From IMG/VR virus record IMGVR_UViG_3300042508_000428: 64,000 nt of DNA; one strand, 5' to 3'. Both the position numbers and the translations under genes were made by a program. Every line of letters starts with the position of its first letter. Position 1 is the stretch's first letter. This DNA comes from a virus. Positions 18,070-27,679 of this stretch are shown here, in pieces. The notes below the pieces were generated by a model. It did no database searches. It had not been told where the DNA came from and saw only the letters and a program-made list of their open reading frames with translations.

Positions 18070-19013
18070 AAACAGTTTATATTACTGGATGTTTAGGATT
18101 TATAGGATCTTATGTAACCAGAGCTTGTTTGGAACAGGGTTGGAAAGTGTACGGGATAGATAAGTGTACATACGCCGCAAACACATCTTATTTAGATGAA
18201 TTTCAGAAATATGATAATTTTACTTTTCAAAAAATTGATATTAAAGATTTAAGAGTAATATTAAGATGTGATTATTTTATAAATATTGCAGCAGAATCTC
18301 ACGTTGGTAATAGCATTATTGATAGTGAAGATTTTATTCAAAGTAATATTGTCGGGGTAAAAAATGTTTTAGATCTTCTAAGAGAGTATAAATTCGATAA
18401 TAGTCCTATTCTTTTCCATTTTAGTACAGACGAAGTTTACGGTGATATTGTTGAAGGAAGTCATTCAGAAGAAGATTTATTAAAACCAAGTAATCCATAT
18501 TCTGCTTCAAAAGCATCTGCCGACATGTTAATTTTGGCGTGGGCTAGAACCTATGGTATAAAATACGTAATCTTAAGACCAACAAATAATTATGGAATTG
18601 GACAACATCCAGAAAAACTAATACCATTATCATTAAAAAAACTATCAAACAATCAAAAAATTCAACTTCACGATAATGGAACCCCAATAAGAACATGGTT
18701 ACATGTTGAAGATACTGCAAAATCAGTGCTCAAAATAATTAATTGTGGATTATATAATGAAATATTTAATGTTTCTGGTGGTTTTGAATTAAGTAATTTT
18801 GAAACAGTTAAACAAATAATAAACAATTTTTATGAAACAGAACATAAAGATATTAACAAATTTTTAGATTTATCTTATAATAGACAAGGTCAAGATATTA
18901 GATATTCTTTAAATGATAATAAATTAAGGAGTATTGGTTGGAATCCTGAAAAGATATTTTTTAATGAATTAAAAAATATTGTAAACACTGAAAAGAGTGA
19001 AAATGTTAAGTAA
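18066..19013 (+). CDS. rmlB: dTDP-glucose 4,6-dehydratase-like enzyme
   Basis: ITGCLGFIG, AAESHV, STDEVYG, NPYSASKA, NNYG and QHPEKLIP. Confidence 0.88.
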   Translation: MKTVYITGCLGFIGSYVTRACLEQGWKVYGIDKCTYAANTSYLDEFQKYDNFTFQKIDIKDLRVILRCDYFINIAAESHVGNSIIDSEDFIQSNIVGVKNVLDLLREYKFDNSPILFHFSTDEVYGDIVEGSHSEEDLLKPSNPYSASKASADMLILAWARTYGIKYVILRPTNNYGIGQHPEKLIPLSLKKLSNNQKIQLHDNGTPIRTWLHVEDTAKSVLKIINCGLYNEIFNVSGGFELSNFETVKQIINNFYETEHKDINKFLDLSYNRQGQDIRYSLNDNKLRSIGWNPEKIFFNELKNIVNTEKSENVK

Positions 19014-19575
19014 TATTAAAGAATCAATTTTGACTTCAATAGAAACAAAAAGAAAACTTTCTGAAGATAATTTAACTATTTTAAAGATTTCTCAATCTGC
19101 ATTTAAAATAGTAGAATCATTTAAAAACGGAAATAAAGTTTTATTTTGTGGAAATGGCGGATCCGCAGCTGACGCACAACATCTTTCTGCGGAACTATCA
19201 GGAAGATTTAAAATAGATAGAGATCCATTAGACGCAGAAGCTCTTCACGTTAATACTTCATATATAACCGCAGTGGCAAATGACTATAGTTATGAAGAAA
19301 TTTTTTCTAGACTTGTAAAAGCCAAAGGTAAAAGTGGAGACATTCTTATTGGATTAAGCACATCTGGAAATTCTAAAAATATAATTAAAGCATTTGAGGT
19401 TGCAAAAGAAAAAAAAATGTATACAATTGCTTTAACCGGTGCAAAAAATAATAAACTGCAAGAAATAGCAGATGTTATTATAAAAGTCCCGTCAAACGAT
19501 ACCGCAAATATCCAAGAGAGCCATATAATGATTGGACATATTATTTGCGAAATAGTGGAAAAACAATTATTTTAA
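19003..19575 (+). CDS. gmhA: phosphoheptose isomerase-like SIS protein
   Basis: CGNGGSAADAQHLSAEL, TAVANDY, STSGNS and IQESHIMIGH. Confidence 0.9.
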   Translation: MLSNIKESILTSIETKRKLSEDNLTILKISQSAFKIVESFKNGNKVLFCGNGGSAADAQHLSAELSGRFKIDRDPLDAEALHVNTSYITAVANDYSYEEIFSRLVKAKGKSGDILIGLSTSGNSKNIIKAFEVAKEKKMYTIALTGAKNNKLQEIADVIIKVPSNDTANIQESHIMIGHIICEIVEKQLF

Positions 19576-19583
19576 GGAGAAAA

Positions 19584-20411
19584 ATGAAAACGTTTGTTAT
19601 TGCAGAAATAGGTATTAATCACAATGGTGATTTAAATTTAGCAAAAAAATTAATTGATGCATCAATAAAAGCTGGCTGTGATGCGGTTAAGTTTCAAAAA
19701 AGAACTATTGATCTTGTTTACACAAAAGAAGAGCTTGATCAGCCAAGGGTAAGTCCTTGGGGAACAACAAACAGAGAACAGAAATATGGATTAGAATTCA
19801 CTAAAGAACAATATGACGAAATAGACAGATATTGTAAACAAGTTGGTATTGAATGGTTCGCATCAGCATGGGATCTGGAGAGTCAAAAATTTCTACAACA
19901 ATATAATTTGAAGTATAACAAGATTGCTTCAGCACTACTAACAGACCTAGAATTACTCAGGATGGTAGCAAAAGAAAAAAAATATACTTTTATTTCAACA
20001 GGAATGAGTACTCTAGAAGAAATTGAAACAGCTGTAAGAATCTTTAAAGAAGAAAATTGTGAATTTGAACTTATGCATTGTAATAGTACTTATCCAATGA
20101 AGAATGAAGATGCAAATCTTAATGTTATTAAAACATTAAAAGAAAAGTTTAAATGTAATATTGGTTATAGCGGACATGAAACAGGTCGAGTTGTATCTTT
20201 AGTTGCAGTCGCACTTGGAGCTACTTCCATAGAAAGACATATTACCCTTGATAGAACAATGTACGGATCAGATCAAGCTGCGTCATTAGAAGCTGAAGAT
20301 TTTTTTAAACTAGTAAGAGACATTAGAACCGTAGAAAGTTCATTTGGTAGATCTGACAAAGTAGTATTAGATACGGAAGTTCCAATCAAGAAAAAATTAA
20401 GAAAGGTATAA
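19584..20411 (+). CDS. neuB: NeuB-family ulosonic-acid synthase, short form lacking the C-terminal SAF/antifreeze-like domain
   Basis: IAEIGINHNGD, DAVKFQKR, KIASA, HCNSTYP, GYSGHE and IERHITLDR; the protein ends right after the TIM barrel. AAGGAG RBS before 19584. Confidence 0.9.
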   Translation: MKTFVIAEIGINHNGDLNLAKKLIDASIKAGCDAVKFQKRTIDLVYTKEELDQPRVSPWGTTNREQKYGLEFTKEQYDEIDRYCKQVGIEWFASAWDLESQKFLQQYNLKYNKIASALLTDLELLRMVAKEKKYTFISTGMSTLEEIETAVRIFKEENCEFELMHCNSTYPMKNEDANLNVIKTLKEKFKCNIGYSGHETGRVVSLVAVALGATSIERHITLDRTMYGSDQAASLEAEDFFKLVRDIRTVESSFGRSDKVVLDTEVPIKKKLRKV

Positions 20412-20412
20412 T

Positions 20413-21369
20413 ATGATAAATTTTTTACAAAAAACAGGTTTGAATAAAATTTATAAAATTGAAGATTTTGTTAAAACAGAAATTACTCTTAGAGATGGTA
20501 GACAAGCTTATTTGTGGGTAAACAAAAAAGACGGACACGGTATATTAGACACGGATTTCTGGGAAAAGTCAGAATATTATTATGAAGATTATAGAAAAGA
20601 ATTTTCAGCGAATCTTGATAATTTCACATCACCAGAAGAACATAAAATAATTTATAAAAAAATCAATAAAAGACAGTATAAACAATTTAAAAATAAAATA
20701 ACTAAATATACTAAATTTTTAGAAATTGGCAGTTCGTTTGGCGGAATTTTACAACATGTTGATAAACTGAGTATTGAAAGATGTGATTCTATAGAACCCA
20801 ACAAAATTGATGCTGATTATTTGAAAAAAAATATGAAAAATTCAAATATCATAAATTCTCTATTTGAAAACTATAATTTTGATTCAAAATATAATCTTGT
20901 AGTTAGTTTTGAAGTTTTGGAACATGTGTTTAATTTGGATTCTTTTTTGCTTAAGCTATCAGAAATAGTAGAGGAAGGAGGGTTAATAAATTTTGAAGTT
21001 CCCAATCATTTAGATGCTTTATTGGTAAACTATAAAAATCCTAAATATGAAAAATTCTATTATCACAAATCACATGTTCATTATTTTACTCCAGAATCAT
21101 TATCAACTATTTTTAAACACTATGGTTTCTACGGCGAGGTTTCTAGCTTTCAAATGTATCCATTCTATAATCAAATTTTTTGGACCTACAATAACCAACC
21201 TCAGCAATCGGCAAAAGAAGCACTTAACTATCCTAATTTGATGCCCAATAATGTTATTAATGATAAAATTAATAAATTTTTGAAAAAAGTTAATAAAAAA
21301 TATTATAAATTAATGAATAAAAATTTGTGTGGTGATTGTTTGGTTTTTAAAGGAAAAAAAATACAATAA
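20413..21369 (+). CDS. class I SAM-dependent methyltransferase
   Basis: FLEIGSSFG, SFEVLEH, FEVPN and HVHYF. Confidence 0.85.
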   Translation: MINFLQKTGLNKIYKIEDFVKTEITLRDGRQAYLWVNKKDGHGILDTDFWEKSEYYYEDYRKEFSANLDNFTSPEEHKIIYKKINKRQYKQFKNKITKYTKFLEIGSSFGGILQHVDKLSIERCDSIEPNKIDADYLKKNMKNSNIINSLFENYNFDSKYNLVVSFEVLEHVFNLDSFLLKLSEIVEEGGLINFEVPNHLDALLVNYKNPKYEKFYYHKSHVHYFTPESLSTIFKHYGFYGEVSSFQMYPFYNQIFWTYNNQPQQSAKEALNYPNLMPNNVINDKINKFLKKVNKKYYKLMNKNLCGDCLVFKGKKIQ

Positions 21370-21420
21370 AATTATTTTAGAAACAAAAATTCGGATCAAA
21401 AAAATTGTGGAAGTTATAAC

Positions 21421-22056
21421 ATGAGCAGCGATTGGCACAAAACTCAAAATGAAGATTATCTAGAACTTTTAATATCTAGAATTAAAAATGAAGACATATT
21501 AAACTGGGTCCAACAATTTGTAGAAATTATTAATAAGAATAATTTAGATAAAAATATAAGTATTAATGATATTGGATGTAATGTAGGTCATTTTTGTAAA
21601 GCGATTAATAAAATTAATGGTAAAGTAGAATATATTGGTTATGATCTATCACAGACTTATTTAGATATTGCAAAAAATAATTTTAAAGAATATAATTTTT
21701 ATATGTTAGATATATCAAAAGAATTGCCTAGAAAAGCAGATATTACTATAATATCTGCTACTCTAGAACATATTGAAAATTATAAAGAAGCATTAATTAA
21801 TATTCTTAATACAACTAATAAAATGTGTATAATTAGAACTTTTTTTGGAAATGATAAAAAAGAATACTGTCTTAAAAATAATGCTAAAGAAAGTTATTTG
21901 ATAAGAGAATTTGATACTGATAATTTTTTAAATTTAATCAATAATGATTGGAGCATTTCTTTTCAAGAAGATTTGGCTACAAAAGGAATAGAAAAGCTTA
22001 TTTGTAATGATAAAAATATATTAAGAAAACAAAAGGTATTAATTTTAAAAAAATGA
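21421..22056 (+). CDS. class I SAM-dependent methyltransferase
   Basis: INDIGCNVGHF, GYDLS and SATLEHI. Confidence 0.8.
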   Translation: MSSDWHKTQNEDYLELLISRIKNEDILNWVQQFVEIINKNNLDKNISINDIGCNVGHFCKAINKINGKVEYIGYDLSQTYLDIAKNNFKEYNFYMLDISKELPRKADITIISATLEHIENYKEALINILNTTNKMCIIRTFFGNDKKEYCLKNNAKESYLIREFDTDNFLNLINNDWSISFQEDLATKGIEKLICNDKNILRKQKVLILKK

Positions 22057-22733
22057 ATTGTCTAATATTAGCCAGAGGAGGAAGCAAAGGAGTTCCTGGT
22101 AAAAATATAAAATTATTAAATAATAAACCTCTTATAGCTTATCCGATAGAAGCGGCTATAAAATCCGAATATATAGATAACATTTATGTGTCAACAGATT
22201 CCGAAGAGATTGCAAAAATAGCAATGAAATTTGGGGCAAAAATAATAGAGAGGCCGAAAGACTTGGCATCAGACAATTCATTAGATATTGATTCTTTTGT
22301 ACATGCTGTTAAATATCTGAACGATTATCGAGACATTGTTCAGCTTAGAGCTACTACTCCAATACTAGATCCAAAAATAATAGATAAAGGAATAAATTTT
22401 TTCTTAGAAAATGAATTAGAATGTTCTTCTTTAAGATCTGCTCATGAATTTTCAGAATCTGTTTACAAATTTTTTAAACAAGATGGGAAATATTGGACAG
22501 GATTTTTTCCAGAATTATCTGGCGAATATTATAATATGCCAAGACAAAGTTTTCCGAAATCGTATCTTCCTAATGGATACATTGATATAGTCAGGCCTAA
22601 GATTTTTATGGATAAAAAAACATTTCATGGAGACAAAATATTATCGTTTATAACCCCATACGCAATAGAAGTTGATACAGAGGAAGATTTTAAAAGATTA
22701 GAGGCAAAATATTCTAATGATAAGCAAATATAG
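22053..22733 (+). CDS. neuA: CMP-ulosonate synthetase (acylneuraminate cytidylyltransferase)
   Basis: ILARGGSKGVPGKNIK, VSTDS, RQSFP..YLPNG and EVDTEEDF. Confidence 0.9.
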   Translation: MNCLILARGGSKGVPGKNIKLLNNKPLIAYPIEAAIKSEYIDNIYVSTDSEEIAKIAMKFGAKIIERPKDLASDNSLDIDSFVHAVKYLNDYRDIVQLRATTPILDPKIIDKGINFFLENELECSSLRSAHEFSESVYKFFKQDGKYWTGFFPELSGEYYNMPRQSFPKSYLPNGYIDIVRPKIFMDKKTFHGDKILSFITPYAIEVDTEEDFKRLEAKYSNDKQI

Positions 22734-23994
22734 AAAAATTAATAAAGATTTTAAATTAATTGAAACAAAATATGATAAAGATCGTAAAAAAAATGAACCG
22801 TCTTGTATAAGAAATACATTACCAATAATTTGGAATAAAGCTAAGAATTTTGTTGTTTATGACGAAGAAGATAATTCTTGGATAGATATGACATCTGGAA
22901 TCTTTGTATCAAACGCTGGACATGCTAATAAAAAAATTGGTAAAGCAATAAAAAAACAAATAGATTCTGAGCTTTACTTCTCTTTTCTATATGATACAAA
23001 GATAAGAAATGATTTAATTAATAAGATTTTAGATATTTCTCCAAAATACTTTAATAAAGTTGTTTTAGCTAGTACCGGAACAGAAGCTACTGATTTATCT
23101 TATAAATTAATAAAATATTGGGCTAAAAATAATAATAAAAAATATATTGTGACATTTAGAGGTAGTTATCATGGTAGAGCTTTAAGTTGCGATTTATTTA
23201 GTGGAAATGAAAAAAGCTCTGATTGGGCAAGAGTAACAGATGAAGAGATAGTATTTATTGATTTTCCATACGATCAATCTTCGGAATTTAATCCGAAGGA
23301 TTTACCGCCAGCAAATGAAATTGCAGCTTTTTTTTTAGAAACATATCAAGGATGGGGAGCTTGGATGTATCCAAAAAAATACATCAAAGAATTATATGAC
23401 TTTGCTAGACAAAATGGAGCGTTGGTATGTTTTGATGAGATACAATCTGGTTTTTATAGAATGGGCACTCTTTATGGTTATGAAACATATGGAGAATATT
23501 TACAACCGGATTTAATTTGCGTTGGTAAAGGTATTACATCATCGCTTCCTTTATCTGCTGTTATAACAAAGAAAGAACTTACTGAGAATAATATTAATAT
23601 GGGTTTGGGGGGAACACATTCTGGTAATCCATTGTGTTGTGCAGCTGCTATGGCTAATCTAGATTTTTTAACAAATAAAAAGTTTCAAAAAAAATTAGCA
23701 AATAATGTTGATATTTTTGAAGAATGTTGTTATAGTTTATTAAATATTGATATAGTAAAGAATATCAATGTTAAAGGTATGGTAGCGGGATTAATTTTTA
23801 AAGATGCAGAAATTGCCGACAAAATAGTTTTTGAATGTGTATACAATGGTGTGTTGCCGGTAAGAACATATAAAAATTCAATTAAGTTAGCTCCTCCTCT
23901 TACGATTAATAAGGAAGCAATTTTAGAAAGTTTTAACGTTATTAAAGATGCTATAATTAAGGTACAATCAGAATGTTTAGACACGTTGGAATAG
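22717..23994 (+). CDS. class III PLP-dependent aminotransferase
   Basis: DMTSG, TGTEA, SYHGR, FDEIQSGFYRMG, GKGI and GTHSGNP. Confidence 0.9.
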   Translation: MISKYRKINKDFKLIETKYDKDRKKNEPSCIRNTLPIIWNKAKNFVVYDEEDNSWIDMTSGIFVSNAGHANKKIGKAIKKQIDSELYFSFLYDTKIRNDLINKILDISPKYFNKVVLASTGTEATDLSYKLIKYWAKNNNKKYIVTFRGSYHGRALSCDLFSGNEKSSDWARVTDEEIVFIDFPYDQSSEFNPKDLPPANEIAAFFLETYQGWGAWMYPKKYIKELYDFARQNGALVCFDEIQSGFYRMGTLYGYETYGEYLQPDLICVGKGITSSLPLSAVITKKELTENNINMGLGGTHSGNPLCCAAAMANLDFLTNKKFQKKLANNVDIFEECCYSLLNIDIVKNINVKGMVAGLIFKDAEIADKIVFECVYNGVLPVRTYKNSIKLAPPLTINKEAILESFNVIKDAIIKVQSECLDTLE

Positions 23995-24386
23995 TTGTAA
24001 AAGATCTAGAAAAGCAATTAAAATTTTATAGGGATTTACTTAGCCTAGAAGTATATTATAGTGAAGTAGAAAAAGGATATTTTTTAGAAAACTTAATAGG
24101 CGTAGAAGGAGCTTCGCCCTTAATATATAAGCTTGGAAAAAATAATAAAATTATTGTTGAATTGTTGTTTTTTGGGAATGGAAATGAAGTAGAAAAAAAA
24201 ATAACAACATATGGTTTAACTCATTTCGCAATTAATGTTGATGATATAGAGAAACTTTATATGCAAATGATAGACAGCGGAATAAAATTTATAAGTGCTC
24301 CATTGTTATCAAATGATAAAAAAGTAAAAGTATGTTTTTGCCAAGATTATGAATCAAATTATATAGAATTAGTTGAGGTTTTATAA
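23973..24386 (+). CDS. VOC/glyoxalase-family protein
   Basis: RHVGIVV, VELL, THFAINVDD and YIELVE metal-ligand pattern. Confidence 0.85.
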   Translation: MFRHVGIVVKDLEKQLKFYRDLLSLEVYYSEVEKGYFLENLIGVEGASPLIYKLGKNNKIIVELLFFGNGNEVEKKITTYGLTHFAINVDDIEKLYMQMIDSGIKFISAPLLSNDKKVKVCFCQDYESNYIELVEVL

Positions 24387-24390
24387 TAAA

Positions 24391-25167
24391 ATGAAATTGG
24401 GAATTATTCAAGGTAGATTAAGTGCTCCTGTAAATAACCATATACAAGAATTTCCGTATGAAAAATGGAGAGAAGAATTTAATTTATTAAATAAATTAAA
24501 TTTAAATCATGTTGAGTGGATAATAACTAAAGATAGCTATAATACAAATCCGTTATTTAATAGTGATCTTAAAAATTTTAAAATTAGTTCAATATGTTGT
24601 GATCATATAATTGACGATAAAATCGAAATTTTTTCTTACCTATATGACAATTTATTAAATGTGTGTAAATTTGCTACTAAAAATAACATAAATTATATAA
24701 GCATCCCTTTACTAGAACAAAGTAATATGGAGTCGGACACCAGAAGAAATGAATTTATAAAGTCTATATTAAAAATCAAAGAATTAACCGGAGATACTAA
24801 ATTTATTTTTGAAACAGAGCTAACACCAGAAAAATCTTTAGAAATAGTAAGCTCACATAAAGATTTTTATATTACATATGATACTGGTAATGTTAATTCA
24901 TATCTAAAAGAACATGAAAAATATATTAAAATTTTGCAACATAAAATTATAAATGTTCATCTTAAAGATAGAACTTTTGATGCCAAAACTGTTATTCCTT
25001 TTACTGGTGATACAAATTTTGATCAAATATTTAAATTTTTAAAGGAAATAAATTATAATTCAATGTATACTCTTCAAATAGCAAGAGGAATTACTGGACA
25101 AGAAGAAGCGCATATTATATACTACAAAAATAAATTTAAGGAATTACATGATAAATACTTTATTTAA
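24391..25167 (+). CDS. TIM-barrel sugar-phosphate isomerase/epimerase (AP_endonuc_2 family)
   Basis: MKLGIIQGRLS, FETE, YDTGN and VHLKD. Confidence 0.8.
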   Translation: MKLGIIQGRLSAPVNNHIQEFPYEKWREEFNLLNKLNLNHVEWIITKDSYNTNPLFNSDLKNFKISSICCDHIIDDKIEIFSYLYDNLLNVCKFATKNNINYISIPLLEQSNMESDTRRNEFIKSILKIKELTGDTKFIFETELTPEKSLEIVSSHKDFYITYDTGNVNSYLKEHEKYIKILQHKIINVHLKDRTFDAKTVIPFTGDTNFDQIFKFLKEINYNSMYTLQIARGITGQEEAHIIYYKNKFKELHDKYFI

Positions 25168-25963
25168 TTTGTCTGGTAAAACAGCATTTATAACCGGTGG
25201 TGGCGGATTACTTGGACCCAAACATGCAGAAGCAATTATAGAATGTGGAGGTAATGTAATTTTATGTGATATTGATCATAATACAAAATTAGTAGCAGAT
25301 AATTTGAATAACAAATATAATAGAGAATGTGCTACATTTGTATATGGAGATGTTTGTAATAAGTTATCGATAGAAAAAGCTCTTGAAAGCATAGATAAAA
25401 TAGATATCTTAATTAATAATGCAGCAAAAGATCCGAAAGTAAAAAAAGATAATAATATTAATGTAGAGACTAGGTTTGAAACAATGTCACAGGAATATTG
25501 GCAGGAAGGAATAGACGCCATTATTAATGGAACTTTTATTTGTTCGCAAGCCGTTTGTAATAAGATGCTACAAACAGGAGGAGGAGTTATTTTAAATATT
25601 GCATCAGATTTATCAGTAATTGCTCCTGATCAAAGGATTTATAAAAAAGAAAATCTTAAAGATGATCAGCAACCTGTAAAACCAATAACATATTCTGCGG
25701 CAAAATATGCAGTAGTTGGAATGACAAAATATCTTGCAGTTTATTTTGCCGATAAAAATATAAGAGTAAACTGTTTAAGCCCAACTGGTGTATATAACGA
25801 TCACCCAGAAGAATTTGTATCTAAACTTTCTAATATAATTCCAATGAGAAGAATGGCAGATATAGACGAATACAAGGGAGCAGTTGCTTTTATGTGCTCT
25901 AATGCCAGTAGTTATATGACTGGACATAATCTTATAATTGATGGTGGAAAGACGGTCTGGTAA
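25148..25963 (+). CDS. short-chain dehydrogenase/reductase
   Basis: ITGGGGLLG, LINNAA, YSAAK, IRVNCLSP and DGG. Confidence 0.9.
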   Translation: MINTLFNLSGKTAFITGGGGLLGPKHAEAIIECGGNVILCDIDHNTKLVADNLNNKYNRECATFVYGDVCNKLSIEKALESIDKIDILINNAAKDPKVKKDNNINVETRFETMSQEYWQEGIDAIINGTFICSQAVCNKMLQTGGGVILNIASDLSVIAPDQRIYKKENLKDDQQPVKPITYSAAKYAVVGMTKYLAVYFADKNIRVNCLSPTGVYNDHPEEFVSKLSNIIPMRRMADIDEYKGAVAFMCSNASSYMTGHNLIIDGGKTVW

Positions 25964-26805
25964 TGTTAAAATTAGATTACAAACAAATATTAGATAAAAA
26001 TAAAAATATGCCTGCCTTTGTTTGCGCTCACGGTCCTAGCTTGAAAAAATATGCAAAGATTATAGAAGAAAAACAAGAAGAGGGTTTTATAAGAGTTTCG
26101 GTTAATGATTGGTGGAATTTTTTCAAAATGCCCCCAGATTATTGCTGTTTAGCAAACTCTGAATTAACAATAGATAAATATATCAATAGAGATGATACAA
26201 AAGATGTTATGTTTTTTTATGCTGATTCTGTTGATGGTACAGGTAGAAAAAAAATAATAGATTCTAAATTAAATGTATTTGGATATGATCAGCGACATTT
26301 TAAAAATAAAGATTGTAAATTGATTATTGAGGATTATTTAAGTTTTAAAGATAAAAGCAATTTTTTAGAATATGGAAATAATAATATAATGTGGCACGAC
26401 GGGAGAGATGCACCAGAAGTGGGATTTGCTGGATTTAACCAGTTTGGATATTGTTGCACGCAAAAAATAACTAATAGACCAACTGTGCAAGAATATTTAC
26501 AAAAAATTTCTAAAACAAAACAACATTATAGTACCGGAGATACTGTAGCATTACATGCTATTTCTTTTGCAATAATTTTAGGGCTTAATCCAATATATGT
26601 ATGCGGATTAGATTTAAATTATAAACTTGGCTATGCAAATGGCAATAGTTGTCCATATCAAGATGATGAATGGAATAAATTTAAAAATAATACATTAAAT
26701 GACTTAAATATACTTAATGAATCTGCAGCAAATAGGGAAATAAAAATTATAAATTTAACTCAAAATCCTTGGTATGGTAATATATTTGAAATTGGAGAAA
26801 TATGA
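25963..26805 (+). CDS. Maf/DUF115-like putative CMP-ulosonate glycosyltransferase
   Basis: AFVCAHGPSL, VSVND and AISFAIILGLNPIYVCGLDL. Confidence 0.7.
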   Translation: MLKLDYKQILDKNKNMPAFVCAHGPSLKKYAKIIEEKQEEGFIRVSVNDWWNFFKMPPDYCCLANSELTIDKYINRDDTKDVMFFYADSVDGTGRKKIIDSKLNVFGYDQRHFKNKDCKLIIEDYLSFKDKSNFLEYGNNNIMWHDGRDAPEVGFAGFNQFGYCCTQKITNRPTVQEYLQKISKTKQHYSTGDTVALHAISFAIILGLNPIYVCGLDLNYKLGYANGNSCPYQDDEWNKFKNNTLNDLNILNESAANREIKIINLTQNPWYGNIFEIGEI

Positions 26806-27116
26806 TTATTTATGTTGACATAGACGAAACTATTTGTGAGAATGAAGAAAGTAGGGATTATTCCAAAGCACTTCCAATTAAAGAAAATATAAAAAAAATA
26901 AATAAATTATATGACGAAGGTAACACAATAATTTATTGGACAGCCAGAGGAACCACAACTCAAATAGACTGGTCAGAAATTACAAAAAAACAGTTTATTG
27001 ATTGGGGAGTCAAATATCATGATTTAAAATTTGGAAAGCCATATTATGATTTGTTTGTTTGTGATAAAGCTATAAATTCTAATTTATTTTTCAAAGGAGA
27101 AAAATATGCCCATTAA
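26802..27116 (+). CDS. small capless HAD-superfamily phosphatase
   Basis: VDIDETI (DxD), WTARG, GKP and DK motifs. Confidence 0.8.
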   Translation: MIIYVDIDETICENEESRDYSKALPIKENIKKINKLYDEGNTIIYWTARGTTTQIDWSEITKKQFIDWGVKYHDLKFGKPYYDLFVCDKAINSNLFFKGEKYAH

Positions 27117-27676
27117 TTTTGATATTAAAAAATATTCAAAAAATAAAAAAGTTTATATAGAAACAGGATTTTTTAAAGGAGAATCTACAGAAATAGCATT
27201 TAAAGCGAATTTTGAAGAAGTACATAGTTGTGATATAAATGAAGTTTTTTTAGAAGAAGGAAGAAAAAAATTTTCTCATGAAGTTTTAAATAAAAAATTA
27301 TTTTTGCATTTTGGCAGATCAACTGATGTTCTAGAAAAAATCTTACAAGATTTAAATAACGAAGCAGTTTTTTCTAGATGCTCACGATATAACATATAAA
27401 GGAACAGAAACAGAAAAATGGAACGAACAAGATGCTTGTCCCATAATGCTTGAATTAAATTTAATTAAAGAACATAAAATCAAAAATCATACAATAATAA
27501 TTGATGATATTAGGATGTTTAGCTACGGATGTACACCTGGAACTTGGGCATACGAGAAAAGTATAACTCCAAAGCATTTATATAATAAATTAAAAGAAAT
27601 AAATAAAAATTACCATATTACACTAGAAGATGGCATTTGCGAAAGAGATGTTATGATTACTTATATAAGAGAATAA
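27106..27676 (+). pseudogene. putative SAM-dependent methyltransferase split by a frameshift in a T6 run (27368-27373); track ORFs 27106..27399 and 27446..27676 are one gene
   Basis: Frame 1 gives YIETGFFKGES...NNEAVF. Switching to frame 2 at 27374 gives LDAHDITYKGTETEKWNEQDACPIMLEL...IIIDDIRMF with no stop, restoring the F-x-LDAH and IDD motifs. Confidence 0.8.
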
Positions 27677-27679
27677 AAT

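Noticed and set aside
21361-21423. Stop-codon readthrough fusing the two in-frame methyltransferases (single TAA at 21367-21369)
   Set aside because: Each ORF has its own complete SAM-binding motif, and TAA is used as a normal stop throughout; there is no positive evidence.
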